Of a DNA stretch of 64,000 nucleotides, positions 1 to 8,885 are shown one piece after another. The stretch is from an uncultured Gammaproteobacteria bacterium (GTDB lineage: Bacteria; Pseudomonadota; Gammaproteobacteria; Poriferisulfidales; GCA-002705445), in the NCBI GenBank assembly GCA_913065025.1, contig CAJYAP010000001.1, positions 49,545 through 113,544 on the forward strand. Direction: 5' to 3'. The number at the start of each line of letters is the position of its first letter. Position 1 is the stretch's first letter. The notes below the pieces were generated by a model that worked only from the letters and a program-made list of their open reading frames with translations, ran no database searches and had not been told where the DNA came from. The translations under genes were made by a program, and so were the position numbers.

Positions 1-563
1 GTAAGTCTAACCCAGACTTAGAAAAGAAATTTAATTCTCTTGTATTCCCTGGAACTCAAGGCGGGCCTTTAATGCATGTTATTGCTGCAAAAGCGGTTGC
101 CTTTAAAGAAGCTTTAGAGCCAGAATTTAAGGAATATATGAGACAAGTAGTTCTTAATGCAGATATATTAGCAAAGACTATAATTGATAGAGGTTTTGAC
201 ATTGTTTCCGGTGGAACTAAAAATCATTTGATGTTGGTGAGTTTAGTTAAACAAGGTCTAACTGGAAAGGCAGCAGATGCTGCACTTCACAAAGCTAATA
301 TTACCGTCAATAAAAACTCTGTTCCTAATGATCCTCAAAGCCCATTTGTAACAAGCGGTATAAGATTGGGTACAGCTGCAATAACAACAAGAGGTTTTAA
401 AGAAGAAGAAACAGTAATTCTTGGCAATCTAATATGCGATGTCCTTGATAATATCGAAGATGAATCTACTATTAAATCTGTGAAAGAGAAAGTTTTAAAT
501 TTAACTTCTCAATACCCAGTGTATGCAAAATCAGTAGCACTAAATGCAGCAGACGCTGCATAA
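1..563 (+). CDS. glyA: Serine hydroxymethyltransferase, C-terminal part (5' end lies upstream of the window)
   Basis: Open frame from window edge to the stop at 563. Translation (…[65 protein letters not shown]…) matches the conserved SHMT C-terminal domain. glyA-nrdR adjacency is typical. Confidence 0.9.
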   Translation, partial: KSNPDLEKKFNSLVFPGTQGGPLMHVIAAKAVAFKEALEPEFKEYMRQVVLNADILAKTIIDRGFDIVSGGTKNHLMLVSLVKQGLTGKAADAALHKANITVNKNSVPNDPQSPFVTSGIRLGTAAITTRGFKEEETVILGNLICDVLDNIEDESTIKSVKEKVLNLTSQYPVYAKSVALNAADAA

Positions 564-568
564 TATAA

Positions 569-1090
569 ATGCACTGTCCATTTTGCAATTCAGCTGACAC
601 AAAGGTAATAGACTCAAGATTAACCTCTGGTAATTCTCAAGTAAAGAGAAGAAGAGAATGTCTCAATTGTGAAAATAGATGGTCAACTTTAGAAACTGCA
701 GATTTAAATCTTCCGAGAGTTATTAAAAAAGATAACTCTAGGGAAGATTTCTCCGAAAAAAAAGTAGAACGAGGTATTATAAGAGCTTTAAATAAAAGGT
801 CAGTTAATAATGATTCTATAGATACAGCAATTCAAAATATAAAAAATAAATTAAAAGCTCTTACCGATAAAGAAATAATATCATCACAAATAGGTGTGCT
901 AGTTATGCAAGAGCTTAGAGAATTAGATCAAGTTGCCTATATAAGATTTGCTTCTGTATACCATAGTTTTGATGACCTTCAAGCTTTTCAAGATATTATT
1001 AAGATAATAGAAAAAGATCTAAGTCCTGAAATGATGAAAACTCAATTAAAATTAATTGATGAAGAAAATGTAAGTAATAAAAAGAAATGA
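569..1090 (+). CDS. nrdR: Transcriptional repressor NrdR (zinc ribbon plus ATP-cone)
   Basis: MHCPFCNSADTKVIDSRL... is the hallmark N-terminal zinc ribbon. ATP-cone residues follow (KRDGS/REDF-like). Lies upstream of ribD as in most proteobacteria. Confidence 0.9.
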   Translation: MHCPFCNSADTKVIDSRLTSGNSQVKRRRECLNCENRWSTLETADLNLPRVIKKDNSREDFSEKKVERGIIRALNKRSVNNDSIDTAIQNIKNKLKALTDKEIISSQIGVLVMQELRELDQVAYIRFASVYHSFDDLQAFQDIIKIIEKDLSPEMMKTQLKLIDEENVSNKKK

Positions 1091-2181
1091 AAAAGGAAAT
1101 ATATTTTATGGAGTATGCCATTGAATTGGCAAAAAAAGGAATATATACAACTTCTCCAAATCCTTCCGTAGGCTGTATAATAACCGAAGGCAATAAAATA
1201 CTAAGCGAAGGTTATCATCTAAAATCAGGCTCAGATCACGCTGAAGTAATCGCTTTAAAAAATCTCAAGAAAAAAGTTAATAACGAAACATGTATGTATA
1301 TAACCCTTGAGCCTTGTTGCCATACTGGAAAAACTGGACCATGCACTGACACAATAATAAAATCAGGTATTAAAAATATTTTCATTTCTATGTTAGATCC
1401 TAATCCCTTAGTAAAAGGAAAAGGTGTTAAAAAACTTAGATCAAATGGAATTAGCGTAAATATAGGATTATGTAAAGATTTATCAGAAAAAATTAATCGT
1501 GGTTTTATTTCTAGAGTAACAAAAAAAATACCCTACGTAACTGCTAAACAAGCAATAAGTATGGACTATAAAATTACTAACCCAAAAAGTAAATGGATAA
1601 GCAGCGCTCAATCTAGAAAAGATGTTCAATATTTTAGAGCAAAATCATGTGCAATTTTAGTTAGCTCTAAAACTATTATAAAAGATAATTCAAAATTAAA
1701 AATAAAATTAAAGAAAAGTGATTTAAATAATAACGAAAAAATAATCCATCCTATAAGAATTGTGTTAGATACAAATTTAAGTTTAAATATAAATAAATAT
1801 AATATTTTTGAGGGCAAAGAAAAAAAAATTATTTTTAATTCTATATCTACTTCATATAATGAAAATAAAAATATTGATTTTATTAAAATTAGAAAAGATA
1901 AAAATGGTCTTAGGTTAAAAAATATATTTAATATATTGGCTATCAAATACGAAATTAATAATTTATATATTGAGCCTGGATCCAAACTTCTCAATACACT
2001 TGTGTCATATAACCTTATTGACGAGCTAGTTTTTTACAAAAGTCCGGAAATTATTGGTAAGCTGGGATTATCGACTCTTGTTATTAATTCAAAACCTTCT
2101 AAAAATATAAGTATTGTCACAGAATCTATAACGAAAATATCCAATGATGTTAGAATAATATATAAATTTTTGAGAAAATAA
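1087..2181 (+). CDS. ribD: Bifunctional riboflavin biosynthesis protein RibD (pyrimidine deaminase / reductase)
   Basis: CMP/dCMP deaminase zinc motifs HAEVIAL...TLEPCCHTGKTGPC. C-terminal RibG reductase domain. Start overlaps the nrdR stop (ATGA). Confidence 0.9.
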   Translation: MKKEIYFMEYAIELAKKGIYTTSPNPSVGCIITEGNKILSEGYHLKSGSDHAEVIALKNLKKKVNNETCMYITLEPCCHTGKTGPCTDTIIKSGIKNIFISMLDPNPLVKGKGVKKLRSNGISVNIGLCKDLSEKINRGFISRVTKKIPYVTAKQAISMDYKITNPKSKWISSAQSRKDVQYFRAKSCAILVSSKTIIKDNSKLKIKLKKSDLNNNEKIIHPIRIVLDTNLSLNINKYNIFEGKEKKIIFNSISTSYNENKNIDFIKIRKDKNGLRLKNIFNILAIKYEINNLYIEPGSKLLNTLVSYNLIDELVFYKSPEIIGKLGLSTLVINSKPSKNISIVTESITKISNDVRIIYKFLRK

Positions 2182-2780
2182 TGTTTACCGGTTTAATACA
2201 AAAAATTGCTACTGTAAATTCGATAAATAGCCATCACGGCGATTTGCAGGTTATTCTATCTGCAGAAGAAAGTTTTGTATCTACGCTTTCAGATGGGGAT
2301 AGTTTATCTATTAATGGTGTTTGCTTAACTGTATACAACATTAATAAGAATAGTTTTTCTTTTGACGTATCCAATGAAACTCTAGATGTAACTACTTTAA
2401 CTCAAATATGCTCAGGCTATATGGTAAACGTTGAAAGCGCTTTAAGTTTAAATGATAAACTAGGTGGACACATGGTTAGTGGACATGTAGATTGTATGGC
2501 ACAAGTAGTTGAAATTTCTAAAGATGCAAGGTCATATAAAGTGAAATTTAAACTAGAAAATAAAGATTATTTTAAATATATAGTAAGAAAGGGTTCAATA
2601 TGCGTTGATGGTGTTAGCTTAACTGTTAATGATGAATCAAATAATAATTTTTTTGTAAATATAATTCCTTTTACGTGGGATAATACCATTACTAAATATT
2701 ATAAAATTGGAACAATGGTCAATATCGAAATAGATAGAGTTGCCTTACATGTAGAAAAATTATTAAATTATAAGGATTGA
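2181..2780 (+). CDS. ribE: Riboflavin synthase alpha chain
   Basis: MFTGLIQ...ATV N-terminus and a duplicated lumazine-binding repeat (second repeat around GHMVSGHVD). ATG overlaps the ribD stop. Confidence 0.85.
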   Translation: MFTGLIQKIATVNSINSHHGDLQVILSAEESFVSTLSDGDSLSINGVCLTVYNINKNSFSFDVSNETLDVTTLTQICSGYMVNVESALSLNDKLGGHMVSGHVDCMAQVVEISKDARSYKVKFKLENKDYFKYIVRKGSICVDGVSLTVNDESNNNFFVNIIPFTWDNTITKYYKIGTMVNIEIDRVALHVEKLLNYKD

Positions 2781-2789
2781 GAAAATTAA

Positions 2790-3878
2790 ATGTTGTCAAA
2801 TACAGAAGATATACTTGAGGATTTAAAACGCGGAAAAATGGTCTTAATAGTAGATGATGAAAGTCGTGAAAATGAGGGTGATTTCATTATGGCTGCTTCA
2901 AAAGTTACACCTGAAGATATTAATTTTATGAGCAAGTATGCTAGAGGCTTAATTTGCTTAACTCTTACAAGGGAAAGATGTAAGCAATTAAATTTACCAT
3001 TGATGAAAATTGACACTGATTCAAATCATGAAACTAACTTCACAATATCTATAGAAGCTTCAGAAGGTGTAACCACAGGAATATCTGCCTATGATAGAGC
3101 TCATACTATACGTACAGCAGTATTACCTGATGCAACTTCTAACGATATTTCTAGACCAGGACATATATTTCCATTGATGGCACAACCAGGCGGAGTCTTA
3201 ACAAGAGCAGGACATACAGAGGCAGGATGTGATTTAGCTAGGATAGCAGGCTTTGAACCAGCAGCAGTTATCGTTGAAATTATGAGTGACGATGGATCAA
3301 TGGCAAGATTACCTGAACTAAAAGAAATAGCAAAAGAACACAATATAAAAATTGGAACAATTGAAGATTTAATAAAATATAGAACTAAGCATGAAAAGAC
3401 TGTAATTAGAAAAAATGAATCACCAATAAACACTGAATACGGTGAATTTAATTTAGTTTCTTATGAGGATATATTGTCAGATACTGCGCATATAGCTTTA
3501 GTAAAAGGTAATATAGATAATAATCAATCAACATTCGTTAGAGTTCATATACAAAATACCATTAAGGACATTTTACATTCGTCACATCATTCTGGATGGC
3601 CATTAAAAAATGCTATGCAAAGAATAAATAAAGAAGGCAATGGGGTAATACTCATATTAAGATGGAGTGAGTCTGTTAATGCAATAATAAAAGATATTGA
3701 TAAAATTAAGAATACCAATGAAGATTTATCTCAGGATTTTGACAGAAGAACACTAGGTGTTGGCGGACAGATTTTATCTGACCTAGGCGTTACAAAAATG
3801 AAATTATTGAGCTCTCCAAAAACATTTTATGGACTTGGTGGATACGGTTTAGAAATTGAAAAGTATATTACGGAATAA
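2790..3878 (+). CDS. ribB: 3,4-dihydroxy-2-butanone-4-phosphate synthase fused to a degenerate GTP-cyclohydrolase-II-like domain (RibBX type)
   Basis: N-terminal half has canonical DHBP synthase motifs (VDDESRENEGDF, HTEAGCDLARIAG). The C-terminal ~150 aa is GCHII-like in length and position but contains no cysteines, so the Zn ligands CxxGxC...C are absent. Confidence 0.85.
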   Translation: MLSNTEDILEDLKRGKMVLIVDDESRENEGDFIMAASKVTPEDINFMSKYARGLICLTLTRERCKQLNLPLMKIDTDSNHETNFTISIEASEGVTTGISAYDRAHTIRTAVLPDATSNDISRPGHIFPLMAQPGGVLTRAGHTEAGCDLARIAGFEPAAVIVEIMSDDGSMARLPELKEIAKEHNIKIGTIEDLIKYRTKHEKTVIRKNESPINTEYGEFNLVSYEDILSDTAHIALVKGNIDNNQSTFVRVHIQNTIKDILHSSHHSGWPLKNAMQRINKEGNGVILILRWSESVNAIIKDIDKIKNTNEDLSQDFDRRTLGVGGQILSDLGVTKMKLLSSPKTFYGLGGYGLEIEKYITE

Positions 3879-3880
3879 CA

Positions 3881-4345
3881 ATGACTAAAGAAAAATTAAA
3901 TATTATAGTTATTAGATCAGAATTCAACGAAGATATTGTAAGTAACCTGTTTTTAGGTGTTAAAAAATTTTTTGATCAAAAAAAAATACAAAATAAAATA
4001 ACTGAAATAAGAGTCCCAGGAGCTTTTGAATTACCTTTTATGGCAAAACAGGTTATTGAAAAAAGTAATCTTAATATAGATTGCATAATAACTTTAGGCT
4101 GTGTAATTAAAGGAGAGACAGCACACTTTGAATATATATCTAGTGCATGCGTAAGTACGTTATCTAAGCTAACTTTACAGACTAACACTCCCATAATGCT
4201 TGGAGTAATTACGGCATATACAAAAGAACAAGCTATAGCAAGATCCCAAATAGATTTTGATGAGGCGGGCAATTTAAATATTGGGTATAATGCAGCTAAC
4301 GCAGCATTTCAAACTTTGATATCCAAAAAAAATCACAATCTTTAA
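3881..4345 (+). CDS. ribH: 6,7-dimethyl-8-ribityllumazine synthase
   Basis: 154 aa. MTKEKLNIIVIRSEFNEDIV... with the conserved ITLGCVIKGETAHFEY segment of lumazine synthase. Confidence 0.9.
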   Translation: MTKEKLNIIVIRSEFNEDIVSNLFLGVKKFFDQKKIQNKITEIRVPGAFELPFMAKQVIEKSNLNIDCIITLGCVIKGETAHFEYISSACVSTLSKLTLQTNTPIMLGVITAYTKEQAIARSQIDFDEAGNLNIGYNAANAAFQTLISKKNHNL

Positions 4346-4347
4346 AA

Positions 4348-4788
4348 ATGAAGATTAATAATTCCATGCGTAATAATAACCGTAATATTTGGTCGCGGCG
4401 ATTAGCAATTCAAGCAGTATATTCGTGGTCTATTAATAGTTGTGATATTAATGAATTGCATGATGCTTTTAAAAATGATGAAAACTATAACAAGTCAGAT
4501 AATGACTACTTTAAAGATATTATTTATGGTGTAATAAATAATATTTCTGAAATTGATAAATATATTACTGATTCATCTAATATTGATATAAAAACTATTA
4601 ATTTTGTAGAACTTAGTATTATCAGATGCTTTATTTTTGAACTTGGATTTAATAATAAGTTTCCAAATGAAGTACTTTTAGCTGAATCTGTTAAGTTAGC
4701 AAGTAAGTTTGGTGGTCAAGATAGTTATAAGTTTATCAATGCTTTTCTTGAAAACTATATTAAAAGTAATCTTAATGAAAATAAGTGA
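4348..4788 (+). CDS. nusB: Transcription antitermination factor NusB
   Basis: 146 aa. RRLAIQAVYSW motif at the N-terminus. Conserved position after ribH. Confidence 0.85.
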   Translation: MKINNSMRNNNRNIWSRRLAIQAVYSWSINSCDINELHDAFKNDENYNKSDNDYFKDIIYGVINNISEIDKYITDSSNIDIKTINFVELSIIRCFIFELGFNNKFPNEVLLAESVKLASKFGGQDSYKFINAFLENYIKSNLNENK

Positions 4789-5698
4789 AAAAGATATTAT
4801 TAAAATAGTCTCTAACAATAATAATTTTAGAGAAGAAGTCCTTATTCCAATTGGAGAAGATGCTAGCGTCTTATATCCTCAACAGGATTCTTATTTGGTT
4901 AGTACTACTGACACAATGGTTTTTAGAACACACTTTAATAAAGATATTACTCCATATGAACTAGGATATATCGCTGCAGCATCTAATATTAGTGATTTAT
5001 CTGCTATGGGCGCGACACCTGCATTTGCACTTATAAACTTAACAATTGACAAACCCACAAAGGAATATATAAAAGAAATAACAAGGGGCTATAACAAAAT
5101 TTTTAAAAGCTTTCCGGTATCTGTTATTGGTGGTGATACGACATATGGGCCTCCTAGTATAACAATGACATTAATTGGCTATGCAAAAAATAGTAACTTC
5201 ATGCTAACCAGTAACGCAAAAGCAGAGGATAAGATATTTATTTCGGGTGCTATTGGAGAGAGTTTTTTAGCAATGAAAAATAATAATTATCATCTTCCTG
5301 CAATAAGAAATGAACTAGGAAGAGTTTTATCTGACTATGCAAATAGTTGTACAGACATGTCAGATGGATTTTTAGAATCATTAAATAATATAACAGATAA
5401 AAGTAACTTAGGTGCACATATACAAGTTGAAAACATAGCTATTAATAAGAAATTAAAAGAACTAATAGATACTGAAAAAGTATCATGGCAAGATATTCTT
5501 AGTTATGGAGATGACTACGAACTTTTTTTTACAGTAGAAGAGAAAAATTCTTTAATATTAAAGTCAGTGTGTAAAAATATTGGTATAGAAATATATGAAG
5601 TTGGAAACTTAACTCATAATAATGAAATAAAACTGAGCTTCAAAAAAAAGTCTTTGGATATTAATATTAAAAAAAGATTTGAACATTTTAAATTATGA
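4775..5698 (+). CDS. thiL: Thiamine-monophosphate kinase
   Basis: AIR-synthase-related fold (GEDASVL..., GGDTT..., DMSDG). Start set at the internal ATG 4775 (MKISEKDII), which overlaps the nusB stop by 14 nt. The longer ORF from 4709 is an in-frame run-through of the nusB 3' end. Confidence 0.8.
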   Translation: MKISEKDIIKIVSNNNNFREEVLIPIGEDASVLYPQQDSYLVSTTDTMVFRTHFNKDITPYELGYIAAASNISDLSAMGATPAFALINLTIDKPTKEYIKEITRGYNKIFKSFPVSVIGGDTTYGPPSITMTLIGYAKNSNFMLTSNAKAEDKIFISGAIGESFLAMKNNNYHLPAIRNELGRVLSDYANSCTDMSDGFLESLNNITDKSNLGAHIQVENIAINKKLKELIDTEKVSWQDILSYGDDYELFFTVEEKNSLILKSVCKNIGIEIYEVGNLTHNNEIKLSFKKKSLDINIKKRFEHFKL

Positions 5699-6153
5699 TA
5701 AATAAACTAGTAGAATTTATATTAACTGGATTTTATTCAGGAAAGTTAAAATATATGCCAGGAACCTTTGGCACAGTTTTTGGTATTATAATTTATATTG
5801 GTATTGCTAATAATAATTTACAAGACAATATTTTTTTATTATTAATCTTATTCTTTTTTTCTTTAATATTGTTAGATTACTCATATAAAAAAAATATATT
5901 CAAAAATAAAGACGACAAATCTATTGTTATTGATGAAATCATAGGATATTTATTTTTTATGATTTTTTTTGATATTAATGTAAGTAATATTATTATTGGT
6001 TTCATATTATTTAGATTTTTTGATATATTAAAACCTTTTCCAATATCTTTTGTTGATAAAAATATAAAAAATAGCTTTGGCGTTATCCTCGATGATATTA
6101 TTGCAGGTTTTTTTTCAGGAATAGTATTATTTTCAATTAATTATGTTGTTTAA
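5695..6153 (+). CDS. pgpA: Phosphatidylglycerophosphatase A
   Basis: 152 aa membrane protein. YSGKLKYMPGTFGT and DEIIGY motifs of PgpA. Follows thiL as in E. coli. Confidence 0.8.
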   Translation: MINKLVEFILTGFYSGKLKYMPGTFGTVFGIIIYIGIANNNLQDNIFLLLILFFFSLILLDYSYKKNIFKNKDDKSIVIDEIIGYLFFMIFFDINVSNIIIGFILFRFFDILKPFPISFVDKNIKNSFGVILDDIIAGFFSGIVLFSINYVV

Positions 6154-7036
6154 TAAGTCTTTCATTAAATGGCTATATTTTTCTTTATTAGTGATTATGT
6201 TTGGAAGTGCATTTTTATTGATCGAGTTATCATTAAAATCGTTTTCTCCATCGATAATAGCATTGTCTAGAGTATCTATAGCCGCATTGGTATTATTTTT
6301 ATATTCAATGCTTAAAGGTTATTCTTACGGTTTTGTTAAAGATCATTTTATACTATTGTTCATATTGGGGTTATCAGGAACAACCATACCTTTTTATCTT
6401 ATAAGCTGGGCTCAAATGACAATTAATAGTAGTGAAACCGGTATATTAATAGGTTTTATGCCCATTTTTACAATTATTGGTTCTCATTATTTTTTTAAAT
6501 ATGAGCAATTAACAGCAAATAAAGTTTTCGGTTTTATTTTAGGGTTTATTGGTTTGTTTGTACTATTAATAAATAATGAAAATTCTATAAATTTTGAGGA
6601 TAATATTATTGCAAAAATTGCTGTTATATTCGCCGCTTTTTTCTATGCACTAAATGCTTTATTGGTGAAAAAAATTAAAAATATTAAAGTTATTCCTCTA
6701 TCAGCGATTGTAATGATTTTTTCTTCACTGCAATTGTTATTTTTTGTATTAGTAACCTACAATAATAATACATATACAGAAGTAATTTATATTGATTCTT
6801 TAATTGCTCTATTGTTTATGGCTATATTTTCAACAGCTATAGCAACAGTAATTTATTATAAAATTATACATGATTATGGGCCTAATTTTTTAAGCTTAGT
6901 AAACTATCCAATTCCAATATATGCTTTTTTTTCAGGTGTAATTTTTTTAGATGAAAATATTAATATATACTCAATTATTTCTCTAGTGTTAGTCGTTATA
7001 GCTATATACATATCTCAAAAAAATAAGATTAATTAA
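6143..7036 (+). CDS. DMT-superfamily (EamA-like) transporter, about 10 TM helices
   Basis: 297 aa, highly hydrophobic with two internal repeats typical of EamA/RhaT transporters. Overlaps the pgpA stop by 11 nt. Confidence 0.6.
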   Translation: MLFNKSFIKWLYFSLLVIMFGSAFLLIELSLKSFSPSIIALSRVSIAALVLFLYSMLKGYSYGFVKDHFILLFILGLSGTTIPFYLISWAQMTINSSETGILIGFMPIFTIIGSHYFFKYEQLTANKVFGFILGFIGLFVLLINNENSINFEDNIIAKIAVIFAAFFYALNALLVKKIKNIKVIPLSAIVMIFSSLQLLFFVLVTYNNNTYTEVIYIDSLIALLFMAIFSTAIATVIYYKIIHDYGPNFLSLVNYPIPIYAFFSGVIFLDENINIYSIISLVLVVIAIYISQKNKIN

Positions 7037-7691
7037 GTTTTATAAACAGACTAAAATTTTTATTTGTAGCATTTATTGTTAATTTTTTTTCTTTACTGAT
7101 ATGAGCCATTCCATTATAAATTCCATCTGATATTCCACATGAAGCTATTTCAATATTAATACCATATATTTTCTTATTAAGATTAATTAGCTCTCCATAA
7201 TAATTACAATTATTGCTGTCCTTGCCATAAATTTTAAAGTTTTTTATTAAAAAATTATGTTTTACCTGACTCTCGTAAGATTCCCAGTTTTTATTTATTA
7301 TATCACTTGCATCTAATATTTCGTTATCACTGTATTTTACCAAATATATATTCCCATAATCTTTTGCTGGTTCTGTAATCCATTTCCCGCTCATAATATT
7401 TTCGTTAATAATTTTTCCTTTGATTTCAGCAGTTCCAAATTTGCTACCATCCCTAAGATACATAGATAAATTCCACTTAAAATTATCTTCTTTAATATTA
7501 AATTTCCCTTCATATACAACTTTAGCTTTTTCAGTATATGCAGTTGCTATTTTGCCTGATACTAGTCCTGTAAAATCATATTTTCCATGACCATTAATAT
7601 CAAATATGCCTGACCATACCCCATCAAACGATATTGCTTGAGTTGAAAATATTAACATACCTATAATTTTTAAAATTTTTATTCCTGTCAT
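7029..7691 (-). CDS. Hypothetical secreted protein (signal peptide, no recognisable domain)
   Basis: 220 aa. N-terminal MTGIKILKIIGMLIFSTQAIS looks like a Sec signal peptide. No motif I recognise. Lies between the transporter and tRNA-Ala. Confidence 0.4.
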   Translation of the reverse strand: MTGIKILKIIGMLIFSTQAISFDGVWSGIFDINGHGKYDFTGLVSGKIATAYTEKAKVVYEGKFNIKEDNFKWNLSMYLRDGSKFGTAEIKGKIINENIMSGKWITEPAKDYGNIYLVKYSDNEILDASDIINKNWESYESQVKHNFLIKNFKIYGKDSNNCNYYGELINLNKKIYGINIEIASCGISDGIYNGMAHISKEKKLTINATNKNFSLFIKLN

Positions 7692-7746
7692 GATTTTAAA
7701 ACTCTAACATCATTTTTTAATAAATGTTAATATAATGTTGCAAAGC

Positions 7747-7774
7747 TTGACATAGGGTTGCTTTAGCCTAATAT
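7747..7774 (+). promoter_or_regulatory. Near-consensus sigma70 promoter for tRNA-Ala (TTGACA-N16-TAATAT)
   Basis: TTGACA at 7747-7752, 16-nt spacer, TAATAT at 7769-7774. The predicted start site is about 7 nt downstream, just 5' of the tRNA at 7785. Confidence 0.5.
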
Positions 7775-7784
7775 GCAAAAAATA

Positions 7785-7857
7785 GGGGCTATAGCTCAGT
7801 TGGTAGAGCATTTGCATGGCATGCAAAGGGTCGGCGGTTCGAATCCGCCTAGCTCCA
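7785..7857 (+). tRNA. tRNA-Ala (anticodon GGC)
   Basis: Cloverleaf: acceptor GGGGCTA/TAGCTCC with the G3:U70 Ala identity pair; D arm GCTC-AGTTGGTAGAGC; anticodon stem TTTGC/GCAAA with loop ATGGCAT (anticodon GGC); T arm GGCGG-TTCGAAT-CCGCC; discriminator A. The 3' CCA is not encoded. Confidence 0.9.
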
Positions 7858-7874
7858 CAATTTATTTATTAAAC

Positions 7875-8885
7875 ATGAATATAGCTGATAAATTTTCGAG
7901 AAAATTAAGAGATGTTAGGATATCTGTTACAGACAGATGTAACTTTAGGTGTACTTACTGTATGCCCAAAGAAGTATATGATGTAAATTATAAATTTTTT
8001 AAAAAAACAGAGATTCTCAGCTTCGAGGAAATAATAAGACTGGTAAAAATTCTTGCTTCTCTTGGTGTTAAGAAAGTTCGATTAACTGGCGGAGAACCAT
8101 TATTAAGAAAAAACATTCATGTGTTAGTAAAACATATTAAAGAAATCAAAGGTATTACAGATATCAGCATGACTACTAATGGTGTTCTGCTTTCAGAAAA
8201 AAAAGCTTTGCTGCTAAAAGAGTCCGGATTGAACAGATTAACAATTAGCTTAGATTCTATAGACCCCATAAGATTTCAAGAAATAAGTGGCACTAACTAT
8301 CATCCAAACGATGTTTTGTCAGGCATACATAATGCAAAAAAAGTGGGCTTTGAAAATATAAAAATTAATATGGTGGTAAAAAAAGACATTAATCATGAGG
8401 ATATATTACCGATGTTAGATAAATTTAGTGACACTGGTTGCATAGTTAGATTTATTGAATTTATGGATGTTGGTAATGTTAACTTCTGGGAAAAAAAAGA
8501 TGTTATTTCACTGAAAGAAATTTTAAGTATTATTTCTAATAAATATCATGTTAAATCATTAGAAAAAAACTATAGTAGTGAAGTTGCAAAAAGATGGTCT
8601 TATAGTGGTGGAGAATTTGGAATTATAAGCTCTATATCTAATCCTTTTTGCGGAGACTGCTCAAGAATTAGGCTTACTGCTGAGGGTAAACTTTTTACAT
8701 GTTTATTTGCAGATAAATCACATGATATAAAAAAATTAGTGAGATCCTCTGAATCAGATGAAATTATTAAGAACTATTTAATTAATATGTGGAAAGTGAG
8801 GGATGATAAATATTCTGAAACAAGAATGTCTCAAAATGGATTACAAAATATTAAAAAAGCAGAAATGTCTTATATCGGCGGTTAA
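7875..8885 (+). CDS. moaA: GTP 3',8-cyclase MoaA (radical SAM)
   Basis: Radical-SAM CNFRCTYC cluster motif and a C-terminal second Fe-S cysteine triad (CGDCSRIRL...C). Start set at ATG 7875 (MNIADKF). The ORF from 7773 reads through the tRNA and is rejected. Confidence 0.9.
   Translation: MNIADKFSRKLRDVRISVTDRCNFRCTYCMPKEVYDVNYKFFKKTEILSFEEIIRLVKILASLGVKKVRLTGGEPLLRKNIHVLVKHIKEIKGITDISMTTNGVLLSEKKALLLKESGLNRLTISLDSIDPIRFQEISGTNYHPNDVLSGIHNAKKVGFENIKINMVVKKDINHEDILPMLDKFSDTGCIVRFIEFMDVGNVNFWEKKDVISLKEILSIISNKYHVKSLEKNYSSEVAKRWSYSGGEFGIISSISNPFCGDCSRIRLTAEGKLFTCLFADKSHDIKKLVRSSESDEIIKNYLINMWKVRDDKYSETRMSQNGLQNIKKAEMSYIGG

Noticed and set aside
999-1193. Antisense or alternative-frame ORFs inside confirmed genes. 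Examples: 999-1193, 1626-1994, 2786-3016, 3101-3433, 3976-4272, 8973-9242, 11744-12040, 13137-13382, 14642-14836, 15183-15371, 15457-15978, 19328-19594, 21594-21961, 26511-26834, 27178-27492, 27954-28181, 29223-29610, 31865-32122, 35268-35477, 36883-37239, 37874-38311, 38508-38699, 39274-39532, 43874-44101, 44744-45097, 45662-46009, 46739-46927, 49236-49418, 50715-50975, 51417-51635, 55815-56012, 56933-57181, 58516-58713, 58900-59094, 61366-61725, 62486-62671, 63314-63535
   Set aside because: All lie within or opposite strongly supported CDSs. They show low-complexity, I/L/F/K-rich translations typical of AT-rich sequence and carry no recognisable motifs.
4709-4774. Upstream extension of the thiL ORF
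   Set aside because: It is an out-of-frame read-through of the nusB 3' end. The ThiL homology begins at MKISEKDII (ATG 4775).
7773-7874. 5' extension of the moaA ORF (MQKIGAIAQLVEHLHGMQRVGGSNPPSST...)
   Set aside because: This part of the reading frame is the translation of tRNA-Ala (GGGGCTATAGCTCAGTTGGTAGAGC...). The real moaA start is the internal ATG at 7875.
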